A stretch of 64,000 nucleotides of DNA from Cenococcum geophilum (GCA_050273025.1 CP158635.1:21700001-21764000); one strand, 5' to 3'. Positions 1-14,105 are shown, numbered from the stretch's first letter. Notes: generated by a model from the sequence alone, not told the origin. Translations and numbers: made by a program.

Positions 1-2396
1 ATTAAGAGCTTTAATTAACGGCCTACCTGCTAGCCCTAAAGTCTACTTAGTCTAGAGCTAGAACACCAAATTACCGCCCTAAAGTATCTTATATTTCCTT
101 AGTAGTGCCTACAGGTTAAGAATAAATAGAAGAGGTTAAGCGTTAGCCTGTGGTAGCTGCGGCAGCTATAGCGGGGGTATAGTAGAAGCTTGCGGCAGCT
201 GCTATAGGGGTATAGTAGACGTTATAGTAGACAGCTAAGTAGGCTCTACGGCGGTAGACAGTTAAGGACCCCTTAGTATCTCTATAGGGGTTGGATATAT
301 AGGAAAGGGTTTATCTAAAGACGGAATCTGGCTATTAACGCGTTTAGGAACGGATGCGGGTATAAGTATAGGTACGGGTGTAGGTATAGGTATGGGTGTG
401 GGCATAGGTACGGGTATAGAGCCGTCTAAAGACGGATATATGGACTCCGTAGGCCCTATCTAGATACCTATCTTCCCTTGCTAGATCTATATAGGTGCGA
501 ATAATGCTAATAACCTTTCTATCTCGCTAAGGCGTTCTAAGATCGTCTATACGCGTAATTAAACCCCCTTTATCTCTAAGATTGCGGCCTCGTATTTTAG
601 CTTAGCTACGGCCTTATAGGCGGGCTAGTATTTCCGCATTATTATCTCGTCCGGCGTAACTACGCTAGCTAGCGAGCTTTCTACCTACGTGGTAAACCTC
701 TAGTACTCCTTATAGCCAAAGAGGGGGTCCTTTTATAGAGGGTGGAGCGGGAATTACTTGCGTAGGATTACTAAGTCCTATAATAGGATTACCCTAAGCG
801 CGTGGAGGAGGCGTAGAAATCCTAAGCCCGTAAGGTTAAGCCATACAACCTTATTATCTACCCTCTTTAGATAATAGGTCTCTATACGTTTTAGCTAAAC
901 ATTAGTCTTAGGCTATATCTTTAAACAGAGTACTTTCTCCGGCACCTCCCGTACGCGGGAAAAAAAGTAGCCCTTTCCTTTCTTTAGGAAGCTGGCGATT
1001 AACCACATAAACGCATGGGGTAGATAGCTGAGGTAGGCTCCTATTATCGCGTCCGTATTCCAGCATCCGGCCCGTCTAATTTAGGTCTCCTTAACGCTGC
1101 TAAGCTTAGTATACTAGACGCTCTGCTTACGGGCGCTATAGGTCTTCTCTTTTAAATAAATCCCTACCCCCTAGAATATCTTTTTATTCCATTTAAACTG
1201 CGTATAATAGCTTAACGGCCGTTACGGTACTTTAATACTGCTAGGGAAGATATATAGGCCGTAATAGTCCTCTAGCTGCCAAAAGAATGGGAAGCTCTTA
1301 GCGCCGTCCTTACCCTAGCGGTTAAAGAAGTAGAAGGCTATTATAGAGAGAGGGTAGAGGATAGGGTTAGTATTACGCATATAGCCCATATACTTAACCT
1401 TACCGTGCTAATTCTACTTCCCCTATATTATTAACATAATTATATACGGCGCTAACTTATCTAGTTTTAGCCCTTCGTTCTCTAGTTTAATAAGGATAAG
1501 GTTAGCAAGCTAAACGTCCCGTCTACTTTTACCCTAGGTAACGGTAGTATAGTCTAAGGAACGGGTTAGAAAACGGTAGCTATATGGACTAGATAGGGTA
1601 TATATAAACCTAATAAATGCTTAGCTATAGTTTAAAGGTAAGACTTAATTAAGCCTAGCTTCTTAGAGCCCGTCTCCTAGCACTAAGTAATTGCCTTTTT
1701 AAGCCCTTTAATATCGTAACCACCAGTAATTATAAATAGGCCTCAATTAATAAAGTTAACGCGTCAAATTCGGTCCTTGTTGCGGCGGATGCTGTCTAGT
1801 ACCACCGAGAGCTTTACCCCCCGTAGCGGCTGCGAGGTCTTACCTTCTAACTGCCATACATAGAGCTTAGTAATAGCGGAGATGTAGCTATTTATAACTA
1901 AGTATTGGACTGTCTCGTTAAATAGGGCGTCTAGGGCCTCCTCGTCCCATATCTCTTCCTCCTTTATAGCTTCCTCCCCTATAGCTGCGGCTGCCCCTGC
2001 GGCTGCCTTTCCCCCTAGCGGCCCTCCTGCGGTTATCTTCTGCCTCTTCTTTACCCGCTTGCCATCTTTCCATATCTCTTTCTATTTTAACTTCCGTTTT
2101 TAATAGCCAGCGGCCCGCGATTCTTAATTAATAACTTACTGCTCTAAAAATAAGCAAAGCTTATCTTCCGTTACCCGGGCGCCGTCCGTATTGCCTTCTA
2201 GTCTCGCGTACCAGTCTTCCCACTCTTTCTGCTTTGGCTTGTACGCCCTTATAGTATTCTTCGAGCGCTAGGCCTTATAAATATCCTACAGCCGTGCTAT
2301 CTGGGCCTTAAATTTATTCTGGAGGCTATAGGGGAAGGAGGCTAGGGGGGCTTCCGTAGTAGACCGTAGGGTAAGAAGATTCTTAAGAGACTCTAT
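1..2396 (-). pseudogene. Crypton (CryptonF-like) tyrosine recombinase with Ndc10-II-like core and C-terminal GCR1_C domain, RIP-inactivated; runs off the left edge
   Basis: Minus-strand translation gives RSKNTIRAYKPKQKEWEDW..TDGARVTEDKLCLFLEQ (~2140-2270), GFLRLLHALRVILL*DLVILRK*FPLHPL*KDPLF (~720-830) and VF*L*TK*TLGLAGRPLIKAL (de-RIP: QLWTEWTLGLAGGPSIEAL, GCR1_C-like; 1-75). Stops sit at expected Gln/Trp positions. Confidence 0.8.
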
Positions 2397-3109
2397 ATCC
2401 GCAAGAGGTAAGGGGGCAAACGCGTAAGCGCGGCATGGGTAAATAAAGCTACCGAACGCGTAAATATTAATAAAGAAGGAGAAGAAGAGGGCTCTATATT
2501 ATAGAATTAGAATTATAGCAGGCCTTTCTATATAAAATTAGAAGCCCCGCGCGAGCTAGGAGCCAGCGCGGGCACAAGAACAGCAGAGGGTTAGAAAATG
2601 GGATTGTCGAGGCGACGGTGAGGTCAATGGCGCGCGACGAGGACCTCTATACTAACCCAGTACTAACCTAGGCCTCAAAAACGCGTCCGAAAAGTAGGGG
2701 CCACCACCAAAGGGGGGGGGTGATATTTGAACGATATGTTGAAGACCTTGGGGGGTCGTGCGTAACCCGAGGTTATGCCAAGCTTAACCCGGACCTCCGA
2801 TACCTTTTTTTGGCCAGGTCGACTCCACCAGGTGGGCGCAGCCAGGTTGATACTTTTAAGGCCCACCTGGGCGCAATCTGCAGGGTGTAAGCGCCTCTTC
2901 TAGACGCCAAAGCAGGGGTGCTTTCCACCTGGTAGAAGGCGTTCGTTTAGTAGGCGATTCGCTAGAAAGGAGCGTCGCTAGATAAAAAGGGCGGTGAGGA
3001 GGTTAATAGTTATATAATCCGCCCAGGACGTTAAAAAGGTCCTATGTAGAACGATTAGTTAGAGCCTCATTAATATTAACCAATTCGCAATATCTGCTTA
3101 CTACTTTTA

Positions 3110-4565
3110 ATGGCCGACGACGATACGCCCATAGAGGGCAGCCCTGCCGACACTGCTGACGTCACTGTATTTACCCATACCTCTGCCAGCACCCTTCCCC
3201 TGAATACTATACCTAGTATAACGTCCTTTAAAGTAGCTACTACCTCTACTAAACCCGCACAAGCGCCTATATTAATATCTGTGATAAAGTCTTTAAGGAA
3301 GCGGCTAAGGATGATCATAGTAGCAACAACTCTTACGGCTAGTAAGTAGGATAAGGATTAGGACACTAGCAAGCCGGCTGCTAAAAGGACTTAGAGGAAG
3401 AAGACTATATAGGAAGGTGAAGTTATTAATAGGTAGGCTCAATTTTTATGGCTTCTAGCCTCAAATAAGGCCTTCTTAGACTTCCTAAGGTTATTAATAA
3501 CCTAGGGCAAGGAAACGAATGGGGCTACCTTTAAAGCTACCGACTATACCAATGCTATTAGCTTTATTAGCTTAAAATTAGGCTAGGTTCTTACTATAGA
3601 GCAGCTGATAAATAAGTATAACTACTGGAAGATATACTGGCGTAAATGGGAGGCTTATATTAAGGCGTGTTCTGGCTAGGGGAGGTATAAGGTTACTGGT
3701 CTTCCATATACTAATGAACCTGGAGTGATAGATAGCTATTTTAATCAGTATATTAAAAGGAGGGCTTTTAGGAAGAAGTACCTACCGTATTTTAAATAGC
3801 TGAAGGAGCTTTTTAAGGGTAAGATGGCCAGCGGCAAACACGCTACGTTAATTAATAACGCGCTTAATGAGAATTCGGCTTAAAACAATTAGGAAGACAA
3901 TAATATTAGCTTGTTTAATATAGACGTAGAGCGCGAGAAGGAAAATGAGGATACTAAGTATTTAAATGCTCTACTTTAAATAATTAAATGGAGTCCATCT
4001 GGCACACTAATAGAACGCTGGGGTATTACTCCCTTACCTGCTTCCTTATCTAGGCTTTTAATACCCTTACGTTCCCTATTAGTACTTAGTATAGCGTTGT
4101 CTCCGGTAAGCTAGTTACTATTACTAACTATAGGAAAGAAGCTTTAAAATACCTAGAAAGCAAAGGACCTTAATATGGTACAGTAGTTAACAAAGAACGT
4201 AGCTAAAGCTGCTAATTAAAGCCGTTTATTAAGGATAGTAAAAGGGTTGGAGGCTTTAAGTGAGAGTATTAGTAAAGTAATGGCGGCTTTTAGTGCCTTA
4301 GAGACAACGCTATTAGTATTAAAAAGCTCGCCAATAGAGAGGGCTATATATAGCTTTATTAAGGACTTTAGGCACCTTACTGCCGCTAATTAGTAGCTTA
4401 TTCTAAAAGCGTTTAAAGTGGAAAGTAGGACCTATATCTTTAATTCTTTTAGCGGTAACGCTTAAAATAGGTATATAGATTAACTAATAGCTGATATACG
4501 GCTAAAGCCTATATATATTAAGCAGCTAGTGTTAATTAACGAAGTAGTAGAGGTTAATGGTAGAT
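3110..4565 (+). pseudogene. Harbinger Myb/SANT-like DNA-binding protein, RIP-inactivated
   Basis: ATG 3110; reads through RIP stops to NGATFKATDY..LGxVLTIEQLINKYNNWKIYWRKWEAYIKACSG*G..FRKKYLPYFK*LKELFKGKMASG, typical of the Harbinger Myb-like ORF. End approximate. Confidence 0.75.
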
Positions 4566-4629
4566 AAGAGGCTTAAGGAAATTAGCTTAATTAGATAAGA
4601 AAGCTAGTAATATAATTAAGCTATAATTA

Positions 4630-6030
4630 AATTATCTATTACAACTTTTTTATTAGTGGTGTTGCACGTTATTTTACTGCTTTAGATACTCCGTTTATAG
4701 ATTAATTATTTCTACCGCTTACTAATTTAAAAACTTCTACCTCTATTTTTATTGCTTCTTTATTAAATATTAACACCTCTTATATCTAGAATCTCTAGAT
4801 ACTGCTTCCACATTGCCTTTACTATATCCTCCCGCCGCTAGCTTATTCTCTACTTATCTATTCTATATGGAATTATAAATTTATCAGTATCTAAATCCTC
4901 CTTACTTATATAGCCAGAGTCCTCCTTATTTAGGTCCTAGCCGTTTATATTTATAAAGTTATAAATTGCCGTTAACGCCTATACAATCTTAACCTAAGTC
5001 TTTAAGCTATAGCCCTTGCGGCCCTTATTAAGTATAGGAAAGCAGGCCTTTAAGATACTAAATGCTTGTTTAATTACATTCCTTAAGGAAGTGTAGCGTA
5101 AGTTAAACAGTTCTTTTTTATTCTTTGGCCTCTTACTTACCTTTACCTATTCCTTTAGATAATATTACACCTTCTAATATAGAATAAGCACTATAGGATT
5201 GTTTGTAGCGTAGCTAGCGTCTGCTAAATAATAGCGACCCAGAGGTATATAAAAGCTACTATCCTTTATAAAAGCGAACACGCGGCTGTTATATATAGAG
5301 CCTTTCTATCCAGGTATAATTAATACAAAGTTTATATTAAAATTATATGCCGTAAATACATTCTATAAGATCTAGCCTTTTCTATTACGCTATGCTGGTT
5401 GCTAAGCTTTAGGAATTGATATTGGTATATATAAGCCGTTAAGTGCGCTAATACAATCTATAAAAAAGGGCTATATCTTATTGTTAGATTCTACCCGTTT
5501 AGGCGTTTAATTAGGCGGTAGCTTAATAATATCCTTATGCAGCTTATATAGAGCATTAAGAACCTTATAGAAGGCGCTAATAGAGGTTAGTTATAGCGTC
5601 CTATTACCTATTAAATATTACCTACTAATAGGCTTATTGTAGACGTTGAGTGCTAAAACTCCTACGCTACGAACTTCCTAGTTAACCTACCCCTATATCT
5701 AGCTATAAATATCATCAGCTTCTGCTCTACCAATATACCTTCCTGCGCGTATAATTTGTAGTCGCTGACAAGCCGGTTAAGGAGTAATTTAAATATTCGT
5801 TAATTAAGGCGTGTTACCGTTTTAAGCGCCTACAGAGGACTATATAACAGCTCTACCGTTCTTGCCTCACCGCGCAGAGGGTTAATAAGTTGCTAGCGCC
5901 TGCCATTTAATGCTAGAAGGTTTCTCGCACACTTAATAAGTATATAAAGCAGCGATATCATTGCTAGAACGCCTATAGATACTATAGCCAATATATAAGG
6001 CTTTATGGTTGGATCACGTGATAGTAAGAA
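4630..6030 (-). pseudogene. Harbinger DDE transposase (DDE_Tnp_4-like), RIP-inactivated, probably one intron near 5580-5630
   Basis: Minus strand RPKNKKELFNLRYTSLRNVIKQAFSILKACFPIL (5030-5130), matching the ELFNLRHxSLRNVIERAFGVLK motif; YYLADASY (~5215-5235); DCISALNGLYI (~5430-5460). Ends approximate. Confidence 0.88.
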
Positions 6031-6436
6031 TAGGTCAAAAATATCGTAAAGGAAGGCAGAATCGTTTGACTTGGTCGTGCCGGGGTTTAATAAGTACCCC
6101 CCCTTCAAAACGGTAGGTACTTGTGAAATTCGCCTAGGTAGACTACCTAGGTGGCTTAAATTGCTAATAAAACTCGCTGCTATACTACATTTGGGAGCCC
6201 AGTCGCGGTTAACGCGCACGTCTCCACCTGGCCAGGTCAGACCTCCTTTTTAGTTGCTAAGACGGCCAATTTGCCCAAAATCCACCTGGGGCGTCGAACG
6301 GACAGTATTTACCAGGTGGATATCGATATCGGTGGCCCGTTCGCGACCAGGTGGGCCCAGGTAGACCCAGGTGGATTTTTTAGAGCGCCCACCTGGTGGA
6401 GTTGACCTGGCCAAAAAAAGTTATCGAACGTGCCCT

Positions 6437-7360
6437 TAAGGACATATCGAATTTTGTAGAGCTGAGTCTGTACATCGTGCATCCTGAAGGTCATGGATGG
6501 GGTGAGGAACTTGTTGCCGTTGGTTGGCAGGATATGAGTGAGGATAAGTGAGAGCCCTTACAAGCCTAAGAAGCCTAATAAGTTTCCAGCCAAATCCTCG
6601 AATTAGGCTGTGGCGTCGAAACCCCTGCAGATCCACCTACAGCCGACCTCGTGACCGCGAATTTGGGTGTCTTTGTCAATCGGCGCCTTCTCAGCGTAGT
6701 ACCCTTATTAGATAACTAGATAACTCACAATTCATCACTTGAGAATGTTACCACCTCCCCACGCCTCAGGCCCGCAGCAGAAGCTATTTCTTGACCTTGC
6801 TTCCCCCCACTCCGCGCGCTCCTTCCTTTCCCTAGTAGAAGCTAGGTCATGACCCGCCTTACCTGACCAGACATCAGTCCCAAGCCACTTCTTGACCTCA
6901 CCTGCCAAACGACCACGTGTCACTCGGCGCGCCCGTCCTCTCAAAGTAGACCAAAAGAGGGTGGTCATGGAAGTGTAAATTTACTGCTGTGCCATTTAGA
7001 ATTCGGCCGCATTGATCTTCATGCTCTTCACAAGCAGGTGTCTCTTCCTTGTTCATACTTATGTGATCACATGCAGTAGCTGCTGCACTTTCACGTCTGA
7101 AGCCGGTGCTGCACACGTCTTCGCTGAATATGCCTTGTGTTGAGGTCCTACCTTCTATGGTGCTGGCACACTTTCAGCATCAGACAACCGGGGGGTGAGT
7201 GGGTGGAATCGGCTCGATCGTTTCTCAGCCGGGCTAAGATGCTGTCGGACGGACAAGTCACTCATAAGAACTCTGTCGATTGAAGCTGGCTCTAGAAGCT
7301 CTCTATATATATGAGGTAGGGGCAAAGGACTGACGACGACGCTGACGATGATTTGGTAAC
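6437..7360. other. Un-RIPed, ~50% GC, apparently single-copy island; no recognisable protein
   Basis: CpA/TpG dinucleotides are common here, unlike the flanks. Only short ORFs; a TATA-like run (7304-7312) lies upstream of a minus-strand ATG near 7265. Confidence 0.6.
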
Positions 7361-7485
7361 TGTTACTCAATCGCCACAAGGTCGGTATTGCCACAAGGTC
7401 GGTAATAGGTAATAAATAGGTAATAGAAAATAGATAGTAAGACATAAAATGGCAAGAAATAGGGTATAAGTTATAAGGTGGTACC
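7361..7485. repeat. Possible LTR start fragment with tandem gccacaaggtcggta x2
   Basis: Starts TGTT at the edge of the un-RIPed island; direct repeat at 7373-7387 and 7390-7404; cut by the pogo element at TA 7486-7487. Confidence 0.3.
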
Positions 7486-7487
7486 TA

Positions 7488-10400
7488 ACGTAGTCGGTAA
7501 GCATGTGGCCTATAAAAACACCAATCTTTGCGAAAAATAATTTTTTGAAATAACTCTACAACCACAACCCCTAGCGTTTTAATTTAAGCTGCATTCTTCT
7601 TGCAAGCCCTCTGGCTATCATCTGATATCCAGAGATGGCCGAAAAGAAGGGTCGGTGGCCTGAAGTAGGACGCGTCGACCCAAACCACAACGCGCACAGT
7701 CAAAACATTACGGTTGAAATCGCCAAGATCCTTGAATTTAGTACTCCGCCGCACGAAAAAGCAGACGGGAAGGCTCTTCCGTATAGGGTATACAAGCCCT
7801 TCTTTAATTTGGTGTTAAAGTACATTAAAATAGCTCTTAAACAGCCCACTAGAAAGAAACTGGAAGAGACCCTTATACGTCTTAAACGCTAAATAGAAGC
7901 TATTAAGAATATAGTCGAATATATTAAATATAACTAAGAGATAGCTACCCCCCCTGCCGCACAAAACAGAAGCTTATAATTAGCCGTTTAAAGCTGGGCA
8001 AACGTTGCTATAGCCGCACTACCGCCCCCGTCCGTATAGTTACGCCTCTTTATAAGCGTTGCCCCGACTCTAGCCGCACTAGAGTATAGATGCGTAGTTA
8101 TTAAATTTAGCAAAAAGGCTAATATGGAGGTCCTTTGGAGCCTTAGAGAGCCGCATAAAGTTATCTAAAAGAAGCTAAATAACGCGCTATCTAAATTGGG
8201 TAACACTTTGGTAAATAAGGCATAGATTACCGCATTAAAGATCCTTAGATCTGGAGACGTTCTTGTATTTGCTAAGATGCTAGCGCAGGTAGATAACCTA
8301 CGTAGACACGAAGATAAGTAAAAAAGATACTGGGAAGGAGCTCTTAAGTAATAAAACCTATATACGGAGTAGTAGCATATAGCGTACTAATACGGTCCGT
8401 TACCAACATGGATAAGAAAGCTGTAATTAGAAAGTTTAAGCTAGAGAACTATAGGGCACTTAGTAACTATAGGATTATTAATTAAAGGTAGCTAAAGCCT
8501 CTAAAGGAGAAATAGAGAGACGCATCTCTAGTACTAGAATTTAAAACTATACTAGGCGTGAATACCGTAATCTATACAAAGGTTCTCTACTAGGATAGCA
8601 CCTATAAGAGAACTAAAAAATATAATCGCGCCTACTAGGTAAGGCGATGTTTTAAATGCTACTAGTATAGATATATAGGAACCTAATATCGCGAAATAGA
8701 GATATGCGGATAATGTGCCGCTTAAGATTATAATATAAAAGACTATAAGGCCAAATAGGCTAAGTACTGTCTTTGCTAAGATAAGTATACCGCCTAGTTA
8801 CCAGCCTGCTTTATCTATAGGAAGGAAACAGCATGCGTAGAGGAAGTAAAAGTTAGACTTTATATAAACTTATACTAGCCTAAGAACCTAGTATATATCT
8901 TACTAGGGCCATCTAAAATAGGGAGTAAAAGTAGTAGCTAGCTAAGCTTCCTACCCCTAATATTGCAGATAATAGACAGTATAGTAAATACGTTAAATAA
9001 TCTAAACGCTATAAATATAATAGATATAATGTAAGGATAGAAGAGACCTATAAATAGCCTAGTAAATAGCCTAATTAGTAAAGCAAACTAAGAAAAGGAA
9101 AGCGGATGTAGTATAAACTTAAACCTAATATAAAGGGAAACCTTACTAATATAGGCAACGGAAGAAGAAGTAAGACTTATTCTAAAACCTAAATTAACTA
9201 AAAAAAATAAGAAAGAAAAAGGTAAAGCTAAGGAAGACTCTATACCTAGTATAAGTTAAAGTAAATACGTAGTAAGGAAAGAGAAAAAGAAGGAAAGAAT
9301 TAAAATTATTATAGATTTATAAGTAGGGATTAAAGATGACGGAGGCTCCGACTTAAGTAGGAGCTTATAGTACTCTATAAGGAGTTAAGGAAGGGCAACT
9401 AAACTACTACGGATAAATATATTTAGCCACTCCTAATAACGGAAAACCCGGGTATCTACACTATTAAGGTCCTATAATATAATATAGGAAAAAGCTATAC
9501 GCGAATATAGGAGCTTCTATAAGACGAACGAGCCTAGTAATACAACGTAATTGCTATTTAGAAGGCATAGCGTAGCGAGAGGCCTAAAAGGGACCTCCCT
9601 ATAATAACCAATCTAATTAGTAATAGGTTCTACCTATATTACCTACCCTACTAGAGGACATAGGTATGCCTTTTTATTAACAAAAGTATCCCAATTAAAT
9701 ACCTCTATATAGTAGATTACGGCTATAACCTAGTAGCGGTATTAATTACAAACTAAGAAGAAGAATAGCAGTATACGGTCACTGTCTTTAATATATATAA
9801 CCCAAACCTACTCCCACCGTATAATTGATTAGACGGCCTTTTAAGAGGATGCATACTCCTAAAACTAAATAACGCCCTAAGAAGAGTAAGCGGCCTAAAT
9901 TACAGCACAGTAGTTGTAGGGGATTTTAATCTCTACTACCCTAAATAGGGAGGACCTAAAGCCGGGTATAACTATAGAGCTATAGTAAACTACCTTATAG
10001 AAGTAATGGAGAATAACGACCTTAAACTAGGATTTAAGGAAGGACTAATTATAAGGCTAGCAAAAGGAGTAGGTATAAACCTATCTATAATTAACCTTAG
10101 CCTTATTACCCTAAACGTAGCAGACTATCTAATCTAGTTAGGTATTAATAAGGAACTTAATAAGGGATCCGACTACCTCCTAATCGAAACCGTATTTAGA
10201 TATTAACTAAAAAGGGAAGAGATACTAATATAGCGACTTTTTAAGAAAATAAATAAGGAGATATTCTATAATGTGCTTTAGGAACTCCCAGAAGTACCTC
10301 CCTACCTCTAACTCCTACTCCCATAAACCTAAATTATTAACATCCTTATAAAAGCAGTAGAACTATCTACGCTAATCGCTAAGCTAAGCCCGAGATCTAT

Positions 10401-13400
10401 ACTAGGATAGTTAGAAGAATACTTAAAAGTAATTAAAGCAGAAAGATGTGTACGCAGGCACTTTAATAGACGCCCTATAGAAGAGAACTATACCGTATTA
10501 TAACTAGCAAGATAGGAAAAAGCTAAAGCTATTAAAAAAGCTATAAAGCTAGAATATAGGGAAAGAGTTAGTGAGGTTAAAGATATAAAGGGACTGTGGT
10601 CTCTATACGCCTAGGCTAAAAAACGGAACATTATAAGAATAACATTCACCCTAGACATTAAAGATGTAACGGAAACGCCACAGCGCATAGTAGAAGGAAA
10701 GACGGCAGCCCTAAGGGGATCTTTCTTCCCTATATCCCCAGCTGTAAATTTAAGGGATATACACGAATACTAATACCTTAACCTACTGTGGGTACCGGAA
10801 ATCAACGTATAGGAAGTAAAAGAAGTAATTAGAGTAACTAGCCCTAATAAAGCCCTAGGAGAAGATTAGCTACTAAGCCGAATACTATATAAAGCTATTC
10901 CGGAATTAAAAAAAGCTACTTACCTAACTGTTTAACTACTGCTTAGCAGAAGGGTACTACCTAGCCCACTTTAGACGATTAATTATAGTAGCACTACGAA
11001 AACTAAAGAAAGGAGACTTTAAAGACCCCAAAATGTATAGGCCAATCGCCCTTTTAAATACACTGGGTAAGGTTATAGATAAGATACTTATAAAGCGGGT
11101 GCTATTTATAGTAGACGCCTACGGTATACTGCCACGTATATATATAAGAGGTAGGGCAGCAGCCGGATATAAGTACGCAGTGTACCTTCTTATAGAGAAG
11201 ATATACGCCGTATGGCAAACAAAAGAAGAAGATATAGTAAGTCTGCTTATGCTAGACGTAAGTGGAGCGTTCGATAACGTATTATATAGGAGACTCATTT
11301 ACTACCTCTGAAAACGAAGAATTCTAATATAAATGGTTAACTAGATTAATAGCTTTTTAAGTAGAAAATCTACCTACATTAGATTGCCAGAGGGAATGTT
11401 AGATCGCTTCCTTACCCCAACCGAAATCCTATAAGGCTTGCCTATATTGCTAATACTCTATCTCTTCTATAACGCAGACCTTTTAGATATAGCTATAGAT
11501 AAGGACGGACTAAGACACGGCCTTATTATAGGTTATATTAATGATATAAGCATTATAGTTAACGGGAAAAGTATAGAAGAAACAATAAGTACGTTAGAAA
11601 TGTTATATTAAAAAGCGGAAACATAGGCGCATAGACACGCCTTAGTATTCGTACTATAGAAATATAAACTTATTCACTTTATCTAACCAGGAAAGAAAGT
11701 AACAGAAAAACAACGGAAACGTCCTCTAGTGCTTACACTAAAGGACGGGAGGACTTAAACAATAAAACTAATAACTAAAGCCCGCTACCTTGGAGTTATA
11801 CTAAATAATAAGCTTACAGGAAGAGCCTATCTAGATTATATAGTGGAAAGATTAACGGGATAACTAGTATGCCTCTTAGGCATAGCAGGATCTATATAGG
11901 GCATTATAACAAGATATATACGTCAGCTATATATTACCACTATCCTACCGCGAATGCTATACACAGCCTCCTACTAGTATATACTAAATGGAGGATACGG
12001 GTTCGCTAATAGGGAAAAGAAAGTATATAATACGCTAGCACAGATCTAATATAGAGCGCTCTGTCTTATAATAGGAGTTTATAGAATATTAGCTAAAGCC
12101 GAACTAGAAGTAGAGATGCACATACCACCTATTAAAATATCACTATACCGCGTAGCGGAGTCGTCCCTAAACCGAATTAAGGGCTTACTACTATACTACA
12201 AAATCTAGCAACTAAGGCAACCCGCCCCGACTAAGTTTAAACTATATAGCCTTCTTTAGAAGTTAGAGAATAATGTAGCACTCTACCTTTTAGAAGGGAC
12301 GCCACTAATAAAGGTAATTTAACTAGAGATAGTCTGCCTATAGGTTAAACCACTATAGATCTAAATTACTAAAGGAATAGAGGTAGGAAAATAGGAGTAT
12401 AAACAAATTATAAAGCAAGCTAAAGGAAATTAAAGGCATGTGCTAGTATATATAGATAGTAGCAAAATCAATAGAGAAGTTAGGGTATTAGTATGTATAC
12501 TAGAACTAGGACTTAAAGTAGTAAATTATATAGAAACAAACTAAGTTAGTATAGTCTATATAGGGGAGCTACAAGGGCTCCAAATAGCCCTTAATTTAGC
12601 CCTTAACTATTTACTAAGGATTAAATACCTTACAATCTTTACGGATAACTAAGCAGCAATTTAAGTAGTAGTAAAACTACGTAACTGCTTAGGCTAATAC
12701 CTAATATATAGAGTATAGGAAAGGCTCTAGGCCGCACAGATAATGGGAATTAAAGTAGTAATATACTGGGCCCCTTTATACGTCGGGATTAAAGGAAATA
12801 AATAAGTAGACGTTCTTATAAAGCGGGTAATAGGGTAGAGAAAGAATAGTATAGGGCTAAAGGCCCCTACCTTTAAGTCGCTTTAAAGCCTATTATCTAT
12901 AGTAAAAAGGATAATAAAGGTAAGACTAGAAATAAAATGGAAAACGGAGTAGGAGAAAGAAGGGATAGGGAGAGAGCTATATAGGCTAGCACCTTAAATC
13001 TTAAAACGGAGACTAAGGGTATACAGTAACTTACCTAAGATCCTCTCTACCGCCCTTACGCAAATCCACACAGGCAAAGTAGCCCTTAAAAGCTACCTCT
13101 ATAGGATTAAACGTGCGCCTGACTTAAAATGTATATATGGAGACAAATAAACAGGACGTCACGTCCTAATTAAATGTCCCAATTTTAAAGAACTAAGGAA
13201 AGCAGTCTGGCCGTATAACAGCCAACCTTAGAGCTTTAAAACGATCTTAAACTAAATATAGTTAGTAAAGAAGGCAGCATAATATATAGTACGAATAGGC
13301 CTTCTAAGGCAGTTTCTGGAGGTAAGAAATAGACTTAAAGTAACCAACTAAGTCTCTCTTAGTAGTAAATACATTATATGCGATATTGGCGAAAGACGGA

Positions 13401-14105
13401 CAGTATTAAAGCAAGAACTCCAGGCCTATAAAATAGGCCTAGCTTTAATATACGGTACGGAACGGAGGTAATTTGGGTATTTACTACTTTTTAATTATTT
13501 AATTTCGACTATCTCCTTTGTATAGGAACTTACCCTACGCGTATATATTCTTATAATTTTAATTTTAGGCATTTGCTTCTCTCCTAGGCACTATACACTT
13601 ATAGCACGTGGTAAATAGGCAGATAAGGGCCTTACGGAATCACTGCTATAGGTAAGGCGGGTAATTATCTAGGATTTACCCCTATAAAATAGAAGACCTA
13701 GCATAGCGCCCTTAGGGCAGCTAAAACGGTATATAATTTAAAAAAAAAAGGTTATACAACTATAACCTTAATGGCCACCCCACAATAATAAAACCCCGGT
13801 TTTCAAGAGGGCAGACTTCTTCTATCTATTAATGTATATAAGCAAGGCTAATTTACAAGTTTCCGAAAGGCCACTAGCACGTACAATGTGTCCAGAACGA
13901 CGGCATAGCGACGTGTTAAAGGCATCTAGCTAAAACGCGGTTCTATTGCGTTAAATCGCCGTCTTACACTAGCATAAGAAGAGAGCATTAAATAGTGGAT
14001 TCTATTAATGGATTAACGTGGTATGCCACCAAGAATTGCGATCGTGCGGTAGATAGCTGGTATTTTAGCTGCGTAGCGCGCCGGACCTACCGCTATGCAA
14101 CCTGC
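7488..14105 (+). mobile_element. Fot1/pogo-type DNA transposon, 5' part only, split by a LINE in its 5' UTR
   Basis: TA followed by acgtagtcggtaagc (Fot1/Tan1-like end) at 7488. Transposase N-terminus from ATG 13771: MATPQ..QEGRLLLSINVYKQG*FTSFRKATSTYNVSRTTA*RRVKG..RRLTLA*EESIK*WILLMD*RGMPP (psq and CENP-B HTH). Truncated at ~14105. Confidence 0.8.
7570..13754 (+). mobile_element. Full-length Tad1/I-group LINE (ORF1 gag-like; ORF2 APE-RT-RNase H-CCHC), RIP-inactivated
   Basis: ORF1 from ATG 7635 with CCHC knuckles (~8645-8810). ORF2 ~9436-13370: endonuclease (VVGDFNLYYP), RT (YRPIALLNTLGK, LMLDVSGAFDNV), RNase H (~12440-12830), C-terminal CCHC. Poly(A) 13740-13749. TSD tacaaccacaacc (7557-7569) vs tacaactataacc (13755-13767). 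Confidence 0.95.

Larger units (their letters stand above)
2789..6435. mobile_element. PIF/Harbinger DNA transposon with two convergent genes
   Basis: ~45-bp inverted repeats: 2798-2839 cgatacctttttttggccaggtcgactccaccaggtgggcgc vs reverse complement of 6385-6426. Right end ...cgaacgtgccc followed by tta. Encloses a Myb/SANT-like gene (+) and a DDE transposase (-). Confidence 0.9.

Noticed and set aside
1..2396. Starship captain (DUF3435) recombinase
   Set aside because: Motifs and the C-terminal GCR1_C-like segment fit Crypton/Ndc10-type proteins instead.
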